Positions 18,588 to 30,499 of a DNA stretch of 52,108 nucleotides are shown one piece after another. The notes under the pieces are model-generated. The model saw only the letters and a program-made list of their open reading frames with translations. It was not told where the DNA came from and ran no database searches. Within the stretch, counting starts at the first letter, position 1. Each line of letters starts with the position of its first letter. Made by a program: the position numbers and the translations under genes. The DNA is from Prorocentrum cordatum (lineage: Eukaryota): positions 620,001 to 672,108 of the forward strand of contig CAUYUJ010000004.1 in NCBI GenBank assembly GCA_963575745.1, given 5' to 3'.

Positions 18588-20554
18588 AATCGGTCTCTCG
18601 GAAGGCCCGTTAGAAAATGTGTGTACAACTCCTCAGCATCTGCTAGTGGCATGAGTGACTGCTGTTCTTCCGCAGCTGGTTCTTGACCATCTCCAGACGG
18701 TTCGCCATCCAGCAACTCCTCTAGGTCCTGTGTCAAGTTGTGGTCCTCATTCTCCATTGTGTTGTTCACCTCGCCATGGCTGCTATCTTGAGCCGAGATT
18801 GCTTGATCAACCTCAGGAAGAGCGATATGTTCTCCATCACCTGGTCGAGCCTGCTTCCTCTCATGTCCAAGATCAATGATGCTGTCATCCAGACAAGAGG
18901 TATCATATCTCGTCCGTTTGACAATCGAGGGAGCCATTTGCTGTTCTGGAACTGCTTCTGTACTGTCCGATGGTGCTGTAAGGTGTCTTGGTGAATGCGA
19001 TCGAGATCTGGCTGCTGAGGAAGTAGTAGGATTGCCTTCTTCCTGCGTTCTTAGAAGACTGCGTTCCAGCTCGTCCAGTAACTGATGTGCCTCAACGATA
19101 TTGCTCAACTCGCGATCAAGTCTCTTTCTCTCAAGTCTGGTTCTGCTTCTGTCATGTTCCTCGCTTGAACTGCCTGTTGCAGCCTGAGGTGGTTTAGCCG
19201 ATGGTTCCGGAAAAGGTCGTGCGGATTGATCATTATCATCATCATCTGCTTGCGGTACTGGTGTCGGTCTCGTTCTGCGCGGTGGTTTCTGAATAGCATT
19301 GATGACCCTCTTGAGGTTGTCGTGCATCTCGTCGATCAGCGGTTTTCCCACATTCTCTGAAGATGACTCTGGTGACATAGATGATGTCTCCTGTCGCACT
19401 AGCTGTCTATCTGGTGACCAAGGAAGTTGAGGTACTTGAGGTACTTGAGTAGGTGGCTGCACTGGCGAATATGTCGGAGATATCGGCGATCTCTCGAAAG
19501 TCTGTCTGTCACGTACGGGCGTCTGCGGAGTTGAAGGTTGAAATTGTTCCGATGAGATATGCGTCTCTTCCATCGCAGCTGCCCTTGAGTTTACCTGATG
19601 TGAGAGATCCATATCTTCTTCTTATTCGATCGGTGCCAGTGGTCGAAAGATATTCGGTACTTCATAGGGATCTTCGTCAATGAACGGAATGTCGCTGAGG
19701 TCTGGTAACTCACACTTCTCCGGCGGTGTGTCCAGGTACATGTTCTTGGAGAGGAAGATCATGAAGTGATATTTGCCCCACTCTGCACCCTCAGGCTGCA
19801 AGAAGTTGATTGGCATGGTCGGATCCATTTCCTGACTATAATAATGTTCGCGTAGATTCGACTTCCATGCGACAACCACAGCTTGAGAACATCCTGCCAG
19901 ACCTTTAAGATAACGAATACCTCCTCCAAAGATGAAGCCATCCATACTTGATGATCGGAATGCCGTAGTACCGATTTCCATTGTTAAGAGCCATATCGGT
20001 GGAGGATCCTGCAGTAGTCCAGGAGGTGTCACTTGCTCGTGGAAGGTGCCCATGCGGTACTGAATGCCCGGTGGTGTGCCTTCCACATACTCAAACAATG
20101 TATGCAGCTTCTGTGAAATACCATCTTGCAAGTAAGCCTCACTCGAGCACCATGATACTCCCAGGGCATAGTAACTGAGACGTCGTGCACGTAGATGTCT
20201 GACTGGGATCATATAAGGCTGGTTCAGATGAATCACAATGGCCGTCGCCTTCTGCTTGTCCAGGCTAATGAACTCTGCCGGGCCACGCCAGCCATCTGGA
20301 TCCTTGCGAGCAGGGGTCCTCCATATATCGATTGCATCATGAGGTTTGAGAGTGTCGATCCAGGAAACATCTTGCGTTCGTTGGCGTGTGTTGTTGGCCT
20401 TGGTGATTCTCTCTTCGATAATAGCCTGAAGAATATTGGATTTGGCCATCAACAGAAAACGAGGGTGTTGTTCCGTGGGATCTGCCGTCATGTCCGCTGC
20501 ACTCTGACTGGAGGTGAACGCGCCAGACTCTGGGTCGTACGCATCCTTAGGCAT
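18584..20554 (-). pseudogene. Copia pol segment between integrase and RT (post-integrase region and low-complexity linker)
   Basis: Consecutive same-strand ORFs 19622-20554 (IDIWRTPARKDPDGWRGPA) and 18584-19612 lie between integrase and RT. Confidence 0.7.
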
Positions 20555-20704
20555 GAAGCCGAAGAGACCCTGAGCAGGTACTGAGCCTCAGTAGCTTGTG
20601 AACAAGTTTGCGACCATGGCAGACTCCTCAACGATGTCCTCGTCAGTGATATCTGTCAGACCCCGTTTGATGACATCTCTCTTCGTTTTCAAAGCCGTCA
20701 ATTT

Positions 20705-21140
20705 TCATGTTTGAATGGCACGCTCAACCAAGCCTGTGGTGGTGCGACCATCAGCTCCTCCAGAGACTAATGTGATCGTGTACCTGTCTGCGAATTTTGC
20801 CCAATGCGCGATAAGAGTCCTCAAAAGATCTTGCCCAGATTTCGTAGCCAACGGAGCTGCAATCCGATAGCGTATGCATTCGTCGATCAACATCATCCAG
20901 GTTTTGTCAAAGAGGAAAAAGAGATCCAGCTGCACCCGCTCGTTGAACTTCAATGAGATCATCACCTTGAGCTGCGGCTTGTTCATTGCTCGCTGACGTT
21001 GAAGACATGTCTCACAGTGTTCTGCAAGCCGCTTACAAAGATCTCGAATAGGTGCTGGTAGTCCAAGTGCCCGAATCATTCTCTCCATCTCGTAGTCAGG
21101 TGGATGAAAAAAACTTGTAGTGCAGTCCCATGAGAAGCTT
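20705..21140 (-). pseudogene. Integrase (HHCC zinc finger plus partial DDE core, internally deleted)
   Basis: LHYKFFHPP (first His in a shifted frame)...CETC; FNERVQLDLFF (first Asp); GLVER (Glu). The segment holding the second Asp appears missing between AHW and AKFADRY. Confidence 0.85.
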
Positions 21141-21654
21141 GATGCGCTCTTCGTCACTGGTGGCCTGCAACAGCTTCTGGAAATCTTGCCCAAGTCGGCG
21201 GACGGCTTCACGATCTTGGCGCTATCCTTCTTCTGAGTAGTTGTGGCCGTGTCAGGCCTCGGAATGACTGGCGTAGGAGGAGCGGGAACAGCCTCATGAA
21301 CCGTGTCAGAAACTTCTGCTGGAGCTGCCACTGGCGCAGCTGGAGCAGGTTCCGCTGGGGCTGCCATCGGCGCAGCCGGTGCAACTTCTGCTGGAGCTGC
21401 TGCCTGTGCTGCTGGTACTATTGCTGGAGCTGGTTCACCTTGTGCTAATGGCGATGCTGATGATGTTGCCGATGCACTGCCTGCTGTTGCTGGAGCTGCT
21501 GATGATGATGCTGCTGCATCCTGTTCAGGAGGTTCAACAGGTCGGAAACGAGAACCATGTGTTCGCGTATGAGGTACTCCTGAAACTGCTCCAATTTGAC
21601 AGCGTTTGCACGCCCAGTTGATCTGAACCGAAGTGGAATGCATATAATTTACCA

Positions 21655-22290
21655 TGTCCTTGACCAAGGCTCTGCAAAGATTTGCTGGATAGACCGCTGC
21701 AAGAGCTGTCCGCTTCCTGCCTTGATCGTCTGTACCTTGGAGATTTGCATGTTGTCCTGTGCACTTGCAGGGCCTGGGCGTGCCCTTCAGCCGAGCTGTG
21801 CTCTTGAAGATTGTCCTCTTGCGGATGGGCTTACTCAGGTCGGTACTCCAGGCTCCATGTGCACATTGATCCGTGACGTTGTCATGTAGTTCATGCGATA
21901 GCTTATCCTGTAGAACTCGAAGCTTCGACAATGTCCAAATAGCCGAGCGATGCGTATTTTCCAGTACAAGAAATCCACCATTGTGATCAACAGCTGGTGC
22001 ATACACGTCAGTAGCCCAGGCGATCAGTGGTCTTTCTGCATCACGGCGTTTCTCGAGCTCTGTAGGTTCGGCATTGTTGTCTGACTGAGACCAGGGCCGA
22101 CAGTAGAACTCTAGCATTGAAAACAGAGGTTGAAATGCCTGATACAACTCCATCATGAGTCCCTGATGATCGGTCCGATGAAGGCCCCATCCATAACGAT
22201 AGCCCAGTGGAGGAAGAACAATATAATGTTGACGAAAGGTAGCACAATATACTCCAGACGTGCCTGCAAAGACTTCGAACATCAGGACCG
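21655..22290 (-). pseudogene. Cytosine-5 DNA methyltransferase-like domain inside Copia pol
   Basis: FEVFAGTSG (motif I), EFYCRPWSQ (motif IV Cys), VLENT (motif VI), DQCAHG...IRKRT, and terminal AAVYPANLCRALV, in C5-MTase order. Confidence 0.7.
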
Positions 22291-22899
22291 CCTTCGAGAG
22301 CACCGGAGACATGTGTCGAATAGAATATCGAACATGTTCGGGTCGAATCACCGACAGTCTCGAAGTGGAATCGAGCTTCTCCGTCATGATCTCATACTCC
22401 TTGGCCATCCGATGGCAATCGGTGTGCTCGAAGTTGTTCGGCCACTCGTCTTCAATGTATCGTGTGCTGCCAAAGCTTCTCCATATGTTGTAGAACTCCT
22501 TCGCGTCGTGATTGTGGAATGCCCCATAGACCTGCTTGCTTGAAATATTGTCTGCTGATGCAGGTGTCCGCGGCAGCGCCGCAGAGTTCATGGCCAGTCT
22601 CTGTAACTCACTCTGATTCTGCGCTTCGGGGTGATACTCTGAACTGGTCGTCATCAACATTCTCGGTCGTTTCGTGCGAGAGAATGTTGCATGCAGTTTC
22701 CCATTTCGCATCTCGATCAAGTTCATCATGTCCTCTGCTGTCGCTGCCGTCTGCGCCTTCACGTTGTCTGCGGGGAGCACGTAGTGACCTGAGTCCGTCA
22801 GGAGAGCCCTAGACATGGCGGGAAGCTTGTTGTCAGGGATAAAGGCCAGGATTCCATCGCCATTGGCGTACATATTCTCGAACAGAATGCACTTCTGTT

Positions 22900-23260
22900 T
22901 GAACATTGTGCTGTTCGGAAGAAGTCCAGGGCATCTCGAACCAGGTCCACCGATGATATCTGCTCGAAATGTAATGCCTCTTTCAATTTCCTTCTACCAG
23001 AATAGGTCCTAGGAAACTGCCGCGCGAGGAATCTGGTTGTCCATTGATACTTGTAAATGATTCATTTGATGGTTCCAGCTGATAAGAGAGACCACGCTTG
23101 TCGTAAATAATTCTCTTTCACTCAAGTAGTGTCTCCGTGCCAAGAAGTCTTTCTGCCGCTCCAGGATCAACGATGAGTCCATGCTGAGGACGTCCTTTGA
23201 TTGAGTGTAGTATCAGATATGGATCATTCACTGATTCGTTCTGATTGTATGTCTGTGGAT
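22900..23260 (-). pseudogene. Retroviral-type aspartic protease remnant
   Basis: HGLIVDPGAAERLLG (D-P-G variant of D[ST]G) at ~23140-23185, followed by a stop codon. Confidence 0.7.
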
Positions 23261-23773
23261 ATAAATGCATATTTCCATTTGAGCTTGCTATCCGGCAATC
23301 GGATGACAGCCATGCCGAGCGTGAGTCTGGTGAAGGCCAATCTGTGTGACTGAAAACCTCACCAGATGAACGGCTGGCCCGGTCCTGCGCGGCGACATCT
23401 GACTCATGGCGTCCATCACTCCAACCATTGAACATCACAACTAGGGCGTGCTGCTTTGCCAACTTCTGAGCCAATGTGAGCGTCGGTTGATCCACACCTC
23501 TGCTGCTTGCTGCTCCCGGTGATAGTACATCTCTCAGCGGTGTCCGCGTTCTGGCTGTCGATGCTGGCGATGAGAATAAAGGCTCAGGTCGAAGAGCGGG
23601 TCGTGCCGGAGATCCTGCCTGTGGAAGTTCTACGTCTGGTGTCTCTGGGTTGTCCATCTGATCCAATTGATAGTATTTTGTCTCTCGTGTCACTGGGATC
23701 GCACTTGCTGTAGAGCCAACTTGTTCAGGAGATTCCGGTCTCAAATCGATCCATGATCCAGGAGGTCGTGTCG

Positions 23774-25042
23774 TCATTTTTCGAGGTGCCGCTGCTGAGG
23801 CTGTCGAGAAGGCTGTGACATTTGCATAATGACGCGCCTTGCCTCCGAATCCTTTGCCTTGTCCTTTGCCTTTCTGCTGCTTACCTTGGCCGCGCTGACT
23901 GTGCTGAGGCCGCCCATGACTTTGACCTTGCGCTGGACAAGGCGATGCTGCATGCCATTTGCTTCCACAGATAGTGCAGCGTTTAGCTTTCTGACCATTC
24001 TCCCGAAACGATCGTTGGGACCGCCGCCACGACCTTTACCGTTTCCAGAACTACCTTTGCTTTTGCCCTTGCTGAACTTCCGGCGGTAGCCCTTGCCTTT
24101 GTTTTTACCTTTGCGGCGGCCTCGTCCTTTACCTTTGCCGTAGTAGGTCCCCTGTGATTCTTCGTCTCCGTCATAATACTCTGTCAGGTTGCCGTCGCCG
24201 TCGTACCTGGCCCAGACATCTTCATATTCTTGAAAGTACCATTCTCCGTCATAGGTGGCAGTCCAACCGTAGTCCTGATCATAGCCCCACCCTTACATAT
24301 CGTCGCAGTAGGCCTCATACCAGTCGTCTTCGTCATCCTCATCTTCGTCATTGCACCAGGCCCACTCGTGATGCGAGTTCACCTGGTCCTGCTTTCCGAG
24401 GCGCAGCATGAGCTGCATCAGAGTACGATATTGATTTACATCTCCTGCCACGTGAAGCTTAAGATCGTCTAACCTTTTGTCCTGCATTCCGCAGTTCTTG
24501 AGAAGAAAATGTGACTTGCCGACGTCGTTCATGACCAGGCGTCCTTCTTCGCACGCATCCTCGCAGGCCAATTCGAAAGATGCAATCCATGTTGGAATAG
24601 CAGCGTGCGCTCCACGTCGGCAATCGAAGAAACCATCCAAAACAACTCCAACTCTATCTTGATCGTGTAGTTCATAGATCGCCTTCTGCTGATTCAGAAA
24701 GATCTTGATGCCCGGCAGCTGCGCCTCGATGCCTGCTGCTGGGTCCTCTGGCACAGGAGGAAGTGCCACTGTATCATCACCTCGATAGTGAATGCCATCT
24801 CTGATGATAGTGAGCGACATTGCTGCGGCGAAGGGGGCCCCCTGCAATCTGCTGACTATGAGGGGCCCGATTCTCTCGTAGGTGTTCTCGTCAGTAATCC
24901 TCCACCGCAGCTTTAGCTTCTGCTGATATCGCCGAAATGTATATCCTCTGGTGTGGGGCCGCCATCCTGGCGGCACGTAATTCGTGAACTCTTCTAAGTT
25001 GAGGTTGCCGTGCTGGCTGCTGTTCGGCTGCTGGTGCGCCAT
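23774..25042 (-). pseudogene. Copia gag (frameshifted) with acidic stretch, GKGK-rich region and CCHC zinc knuckle
   Basis: ORF 24293-25042 (VPPGWRP...). The minus strand at 23937-23978 reads CTICGSKWHAASPC = C-x2-C-x4-H-x4-C. Confidence 0.85.
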
Positions 25043-25311
25043 GGCGGCCCTTGTAGAAAAACAGGTGGAAAAAGAAGATGAAGTTCATGAAGAACTTCCA
25101 GTGCGTGAAGATCTGCTGGCGTGATCGCTTTGATGTATTTGATGAACTCGGGGCTCCTGATGCACTCAATCTCGTGCTGAAGCCCCTCGACTGTGAAGTC
25201 GTTGTCAGTCGGCTGGAAGTAGCCGAACACGCAGTGGCCTGCGGAGGCGCGAGCGCGCCGCTGGGCGCGCGAGGGGGGCCGGGCGACCGGGGGCCCGCAG
25301 AGTGATGCATC

Positions 25312-25323
25312 GCTCCGCTACCA
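25312..25323 (-). promoter_or_regulatory. Primer-binding site TGGTAGCGGAGC (initiator tRNA-Met type)
   Basis: Begins TGG and lies ~270 bp upstream of the gag ATG. It resembles known iMet PBS sequences (TGGTATCAGAGC, TGGTAGCAGAG). Confidence 0.75.
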
Positions 25324-25500
25324 AAGCGAGCTTTTGGTAACCTTGAGCCGCAATATGTTCACGTCGATGCGGCTATAAAAAGCACGGCAGCTTGATAGAG
25401 CTTGCGCCCAGCGCGGCGACTAAACGAAGCCTCTGGAGATCTCTGAACAGACCCTGCATCCTCCCAATAATACAGCTGTACTGGGGTAATAAAGCCACTG
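25324..25500 (-). mobile_element. Candidate 5' LTR or LTR remnant
   Basis: Unique sequence between the PBS and a (GAG)n tract, containing TTTTTATA and GGCTCAAG on the minus strand. No second LTR is present to confirm the boundaries. Confidence 0.45.
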
Positions 25501-26059
25501 AGGAGGAGGAGGAGGAGGAGGAGGAGGAGGAGGAGGAGTGGGCGGGGGGGCTCGGGGCCGATCGACGATTGGCGACGGTGATCGGCGACGGTGATTGACG
25601 ATGACGACGACGGTCGTCGACGGCGACGACCGACGACGACGACGACGACGACGATGGACGACGACGACGACAGTTGACGCCGCCGATCGGCGAACGGCGA
25701 CGACGACGACGCCTTCACAGTGCCACCCCGAGGAGCCCCAAGGCGGCCCAAGAGGGACCCAATATGACCCATGATAGCTACAAGCCAGCCCAAGAGAGCC
25801 CCAGAAGGCACCCAACAGAGCCACAATGGGGGCAAGCAGAGCTGCCTATTGAGATTCTCGGGAGGCCTCTTCCGCAGCGTCCGAAATCATGTTCCCCGAA
25901 GCCTCTATCGGAACATGATTTCGGGGCCCCCAGGACGCCCAAGGGGGGCCCTAAGACGGCCCCGACAAGTCCTAAAAGGACGCTCGAAAAAAAACCCGGA
26001 GGGGCACAGTTCGTTGATTTCCGCGACATGTTGTTGGATTTCTCGCACGCGGAGGCGGT

Positions 26060-27000
26060 GGAGGAGGAGGGGGAGGAGGAAGAGGAAAGGAGGAAGAGGA
26101 GATGGGCGAGGAGGGGGAGGAGGAAGAGGATGGCGAGGGGAGGGGGAGGGGGTGGAGAGAGGGGGGACGGGGGGAGGAGGAGGGAAGAGGGATGATGATG
26201 ATGCTGATGATGATGCTGATGGTGCTGATGATGGTGATGATGATGATGATGATGATGATGATGACGGGGGGGGGGGGGGGGAGGAGGAAGGAGAGGGGAG
26301 GAGGAGGAGGCGGAGGAGGAGGAGAAGGAAGAGGGGGAGGAGGAGGAGGAGAAGGAGGAGGAGGAGGAGGAGGAGGAAATGACGAGGAGGAGGAGGAGAG
26401 GATGGGGGGGCGGAGGAGGAGGAGCAGGAGGAAAGGGGGAGGATGTGGAGGAAGAGGAGAAAAGGAGGAGGAAGAGCAAGAGGGAGGCCTCCCCCGAGTG
26501 TTCCCTTTATCCGATGTGGCCCAATGCTTGCGCGGCGTCGCGCCGTTTGGCGAGCCATGTAGTCTGAACAGGAGGAGGAGAAGGAGCAGGAGAGGAGGAG
26601 GAGACGAGGAGGAGGAGGAGGAGGAGGAGGAGGAGGAGGAGGAGGAGGAGGAGGAGGAAGGAGGAAAGGAGGAGAAGGAGGAGGAGGAACATGATGAAGA
26701 TGATGATGGTGATGGTGATGATGATGACGATGAGGAGGAGGAGGAGGAGGAGGAGGAGGAGGAGGGGGAGGAGGAGGAGGAGGAGGCGTGGAGGAGGAGG
26801 AGGAAGAGGAGGAGGGGGAGGAGGGAAAGTAGGAGGAGAAGGAGGAGGAGGCGGAGGAGGAGGAAGAGGAAAAGGATGAGGAGGAGGGGAGGAATGGGGT
26901 TGGAGGAGGAGGAAGGGGGAAAGGAGGGGACGATGGGGGGAGGAGGAAGAGTAGGAGGAGAGGAGGAAGAGCAAGGGGAAAGAGGAGGACGAGGAAGAGG
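26060..27000. repeat. Polypurine (GAG/GGA)n and (GAT)n low-complexity tracts
   Basis: Directly visible. Confidence 0.95.
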
Positions 27001-27145
27001 TGTCGTTTTCGGCCGCCTCGGGCCGCCTGGGGGTGAGGAGCGCCCAAAAGCTTTTCGAACCACGACCGCGAAACTCGTCGAATAACCGAAGTGCATTCAG
27101 CCTTCAACCTCCTCGCCCGTTGTTTGGCCGTTGCCCCAGACGAAG

Positions 27146-27184
27146 CTAGAACCTAAGCGCGCGCGTAGCGCGCGTGGTTCTAGT
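27146..27184 (+). mobile_element. Helitron-like 3' terminus 1
   Basis: Hairpin CGCGCGC-GTA-GCGCGCG (27158-27174), then CTAG (27180-27183), T, then a TA-rich microsatellite. Confidence 0.55.
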
Positions 27185-27186
27185 GT

Positions 27187-27187
<1 letters not shown>

Positions 27188-27218
<31 letters not shown>

Positions 27219-27221
27219 ATG

Positions 27222-27296
<75 letters not shown>

Positions 27297-27353
27297 GTAT
27301 GTGTGTATATATATATACATATATTATATATTATATATATATATATATATATA
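27188..27353. repeat. (TA)n/(TATATG)n microsatellite
   Basis: Directly visible. Confidence 0.97.
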
Positions 27354-27404
27354 CTGCCCCCCCCCGGCCCCGGGCCCCACACCTCCCCAAAACATCTCGG
27401 GAAC

Positions 27405-28735
27405 GTTCCCGGTACCTTTCCCCCGGCCTTTCCGGGGAGCCTCCACAGCGCTCAAGGAGGGCCCAAGACGCCGCCCAGGAGCCCCCAGAATGCGAATGGG
27501 TGTCCCCAGACGTCCCCAAGCAGCCCAAGTCAGCCTTCCGACGGCTCTCGAGGTTCCCAGGTGGCCTCCAAAAGACCCCAAGAGAGCTTGTTTGCGCTGA
27601 CGGCAATGAGAGATACGTCGCCGCTGGCCAGCTCCTCCGCCAGCTTCGAGGCTGAGAATCACCTCTCCCGGGCCTTGTGCGCCCGCGCCTTCCCAGCCGT
27701 GCAGCAAACGTGGCCTATGCCGTGGCGGTCGGGGCCGCGCGGCGCTGGCGATCGCGCGTACGTCGAGCATTGGCGAAACTTCTCCTCCTTCCTCCTCCTC
27801 CTCCCTCCTTGCAGCCAGCATGGCGCATGCGCGATTTTGCTTTGTACTGGGCGCGCAGGAGCAGCGCGATTGAGAGGAGGGGGCACAGCAGGAGGGTGGA
27901 CATCAGCGGCAGCAGGAGGGGGGTGTCAGTAGACTGCGCGGCGCGCCCTGTCCTCGTGCAAAGCCCCCGATGTGGCGGCTGCCACCTACGGCTCCTGAGG
28001 CCCACGCACTGCCGAGTTTTTCCTCCCACCTCCCTCCCCCGCCGCCCTTTGTTTTTCCCTGCTGCCCTTCCGTACTCCTCCTTAGTAATCGTCCTATTGA
28101 TCCAACCTTTTTGTCTATATCCGCCTTACCCGTCGAGCGACCTCGCGGCGATGTCGCAGCGATAATGATTTCAGCACCTTCCACCCTCCAACGGGGGGGA
28201 GGGGGGACAAAAAGCAGGCAGCAGGAGCAGGAGGCTTCCAGGGACCTCTGAGAGGCCTCCGGGACCCCCCAGAGGCCCCCGACACCCCCCATCCCTGAGA
28301 GGCCCCAAAAAACCCGACGAGGCTCCAAGAACAGCTCAAGAGAGCAAGAGAGCTGCGAGAGCCGTCCCGCGAGAGCCCAAAGAGGGTAAAATCATTGATT
28401 TCCAATGGTTTTTATATTTTTTCGCCTTCTCACGTTTTCCCTCCTCCAACCCTCGAAGATCGAGGATTTTGAAAAAAAGGGAGTTTCAAGAATCCTTTTT
28501 TTTTTTGTCAAAGTGGATTCCTACTCGGAGATCCGACACATCTCCTGACATCTGGTCGGTACCGCGCCTCCCGGCTTCCCGGGGAGCCCCCAAGACGCCC
28601 AAGGACAGCCCAAGACGAGCCCAAGGAGCCCCCAGAACGTAAAGAACGGCCCAACACGCTCCCGCGCAGCCCGAGACACCCTTCCGACGGCTCTCCAGGC
28701 CTCCAGGAGGCATCCAGAACCCCCAGGGGGTCCAG
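27405..28735 (+). repeat. Two diverged direct copies of a ~170-bp module (~27405-27580 and ~28555-28735)
   Basis: Shared CGGTACC...CCGGGGAGCC...GCCCAAGACG...GGAGCCCCCAGAA...CCTTCCGACGGCTCTC. Confidence 0.75.
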
Positions 28736-28850
28736 AAGATCCCACACCCCTGAGGGGCCGGGCTAACAAAACCAGCGAGGCACAAACAAAAAACAGCGCC
28801 GAACAGCGCCGAAGGACTGGAAAAACATGGAAATCCCACAGTTTTTTTTT

Positions 28851-28892
<42 letters not shown>

Positions 28893-29055
28893 TTGGCCCT
28901 GGGTCTACTCTTGCACGGCAGACCACAATTCAGAACCCCCTCACCTCCTAAAAAGACCCCTCACAATTCCGAGGTTTGCGCAGGGCCTTCAAGGGAGTCC
29001 CTGGACGTAAGAAGCGACCAAAATGATATTACATGAGTTAGCCGATCAAGCCTTG

Positions 29056-29097
29056 CTAGAACTTGAACGCGCGCGCGAAGCGCGCGATGATTCTAGT
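29056..29097 (+). mobile_element. Helitron-like 3' terminus 2
   Basis: Hairpin CGCGCGC-GAA-GCGCGCG (29070-29086), then CTAG (29093-29096), T, followed by (TATG)n/(TA)n to ~29240. Confidence 0.55.
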
Positions 29098-29119
29098 CTT
29101 ATGTATGTATGTATGTATG

Positions 29120-29176
<57 letters not shown>

Positions 29177-30499
29177 GGTGTATGTTCACACATACACACA
29201 TGTACGTATATAGATATACACACATATATACACATATATCAAGTATTATCCTAACAGTGCATGCATGAATGTTGCGCGCACTGTCTTCTAAGGTAGCTGG
29301 CCCCCGTGGTCGCCGGTGGTGGTCCGGCCGGCTCGTCGCCACCCGTCTCTGCCGTCGCCGCCGTCGCCGTTGGGCCCCATCGGCGGTCTGGTTGGCTCGT
29401 CGCCACCAGTTGCCGCCGTCGCCGCTGGGCCCCACTGGCGGTACGGCTGGCTCGTCGCCGCCCGTCGCCGCTTTGCTTTACAGTACTTTGCCTTGCTTTT
29501 TACCACATGGGTTGCACCACCTAGACTGCTGGATTGCACCGCGTAGATTGCAAGACAAATCACTGCTTGGGGCCCACGCTGGCCAGCATTTAGTTGTAGT
29601 TCGGCAATTCTCGACTCTTCGCGTGCCTCCACCAGCGGGTTGTGCCTGGCCGCTTGAATTCCGTGACATTTTGTCCAGTGCACGTGCCCGAGTTTGCAGT
29701 GCGCCGGTTAGTTCAGCTTCACCCGTCAGCCCGCAGCTGCTGTCTGAGTGGGCCGGCCGGCCTGCGCCTGTCTTAGCTAATTCGCCTAGCTCGCGTCCCG
29801 GACTTTGCTTTCGCCGCCTGACCGTCGTCTCGCGGCCGCGACCGAAAAAGTGCCTCCACCAGCCCATCCAGCACCGATGGCAAGGGGAGCTGCCCTTCTG
29901 GGGGGGCGGGGCATCAGATGGAGAGCTTCGGGAGCCTACGTGAGTCAGAGGCTTCTTAGATAGTTCTCGGAAACTCCTGTGATGTATCTCGGGGTCTCCT
30001 CGGGGTCTCTTGGGGCGCCTTCGGGGCCTCTTGGGGGTCGCCTTCGGGGCCTTTTGGAGGTCGCTTGGAACGTCTTGGGCGCCTTTTCTTGCTCTTGCGG
30101 CCTTTGGGGGCCGCTTGGGGGGCGCTTGGGCGCCTGCTGGTGGCCTCTTTTGGGCCTCTTGAGGCCTCGCCTCTTGGGCGCCTCATGGGGCACTCTGGGG
30201 GCTCTCTTGCGAGCGTTTCAGGCCTTCTTGGGGCCATCGTGGAAAAGGTCGATCAACGAAGGAGGGGTTCCCAGTTAGGGCCTCTCCCCACGGAAACTCG
30301 TGGACTCTCTGACACCAGTCCCTCCCCCCAACCTCTAGACCCAGGAGGAGGGGGCAGGGGGGAAGGGGTCAAGATACTCTCCTGGATGCGGTCGTCTTCG
30401 GATGGACAGCTAATGCTGGGAACCAGTGCTGACCCCAGGTGCGCGACGCTCGGGCGAGGCGTGCCACTTCGGCCCCCGCGATCCTTGTCGAAAACCCAT

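Larger units (their letters stand above)
17780..25500 (-). mobile_element. Decayed Ty1/Copia LTR retrotransposon, 3'-truncated within RT, carrying a DNMT-like domain
   Basis: Domain order gag-protease-(DNMT-like)-integrase-RT is the Copia order. A PBS is present; there are many stops and frameshifts; no YVDD, RNase H or 3' LTR is seen. Confidence 0.9.

Noticed and set aside
25674..27107. Long ORFs of 200-400 aa
   Set aside because: They are (GAG)n/(GAT)n low-complexity translations.
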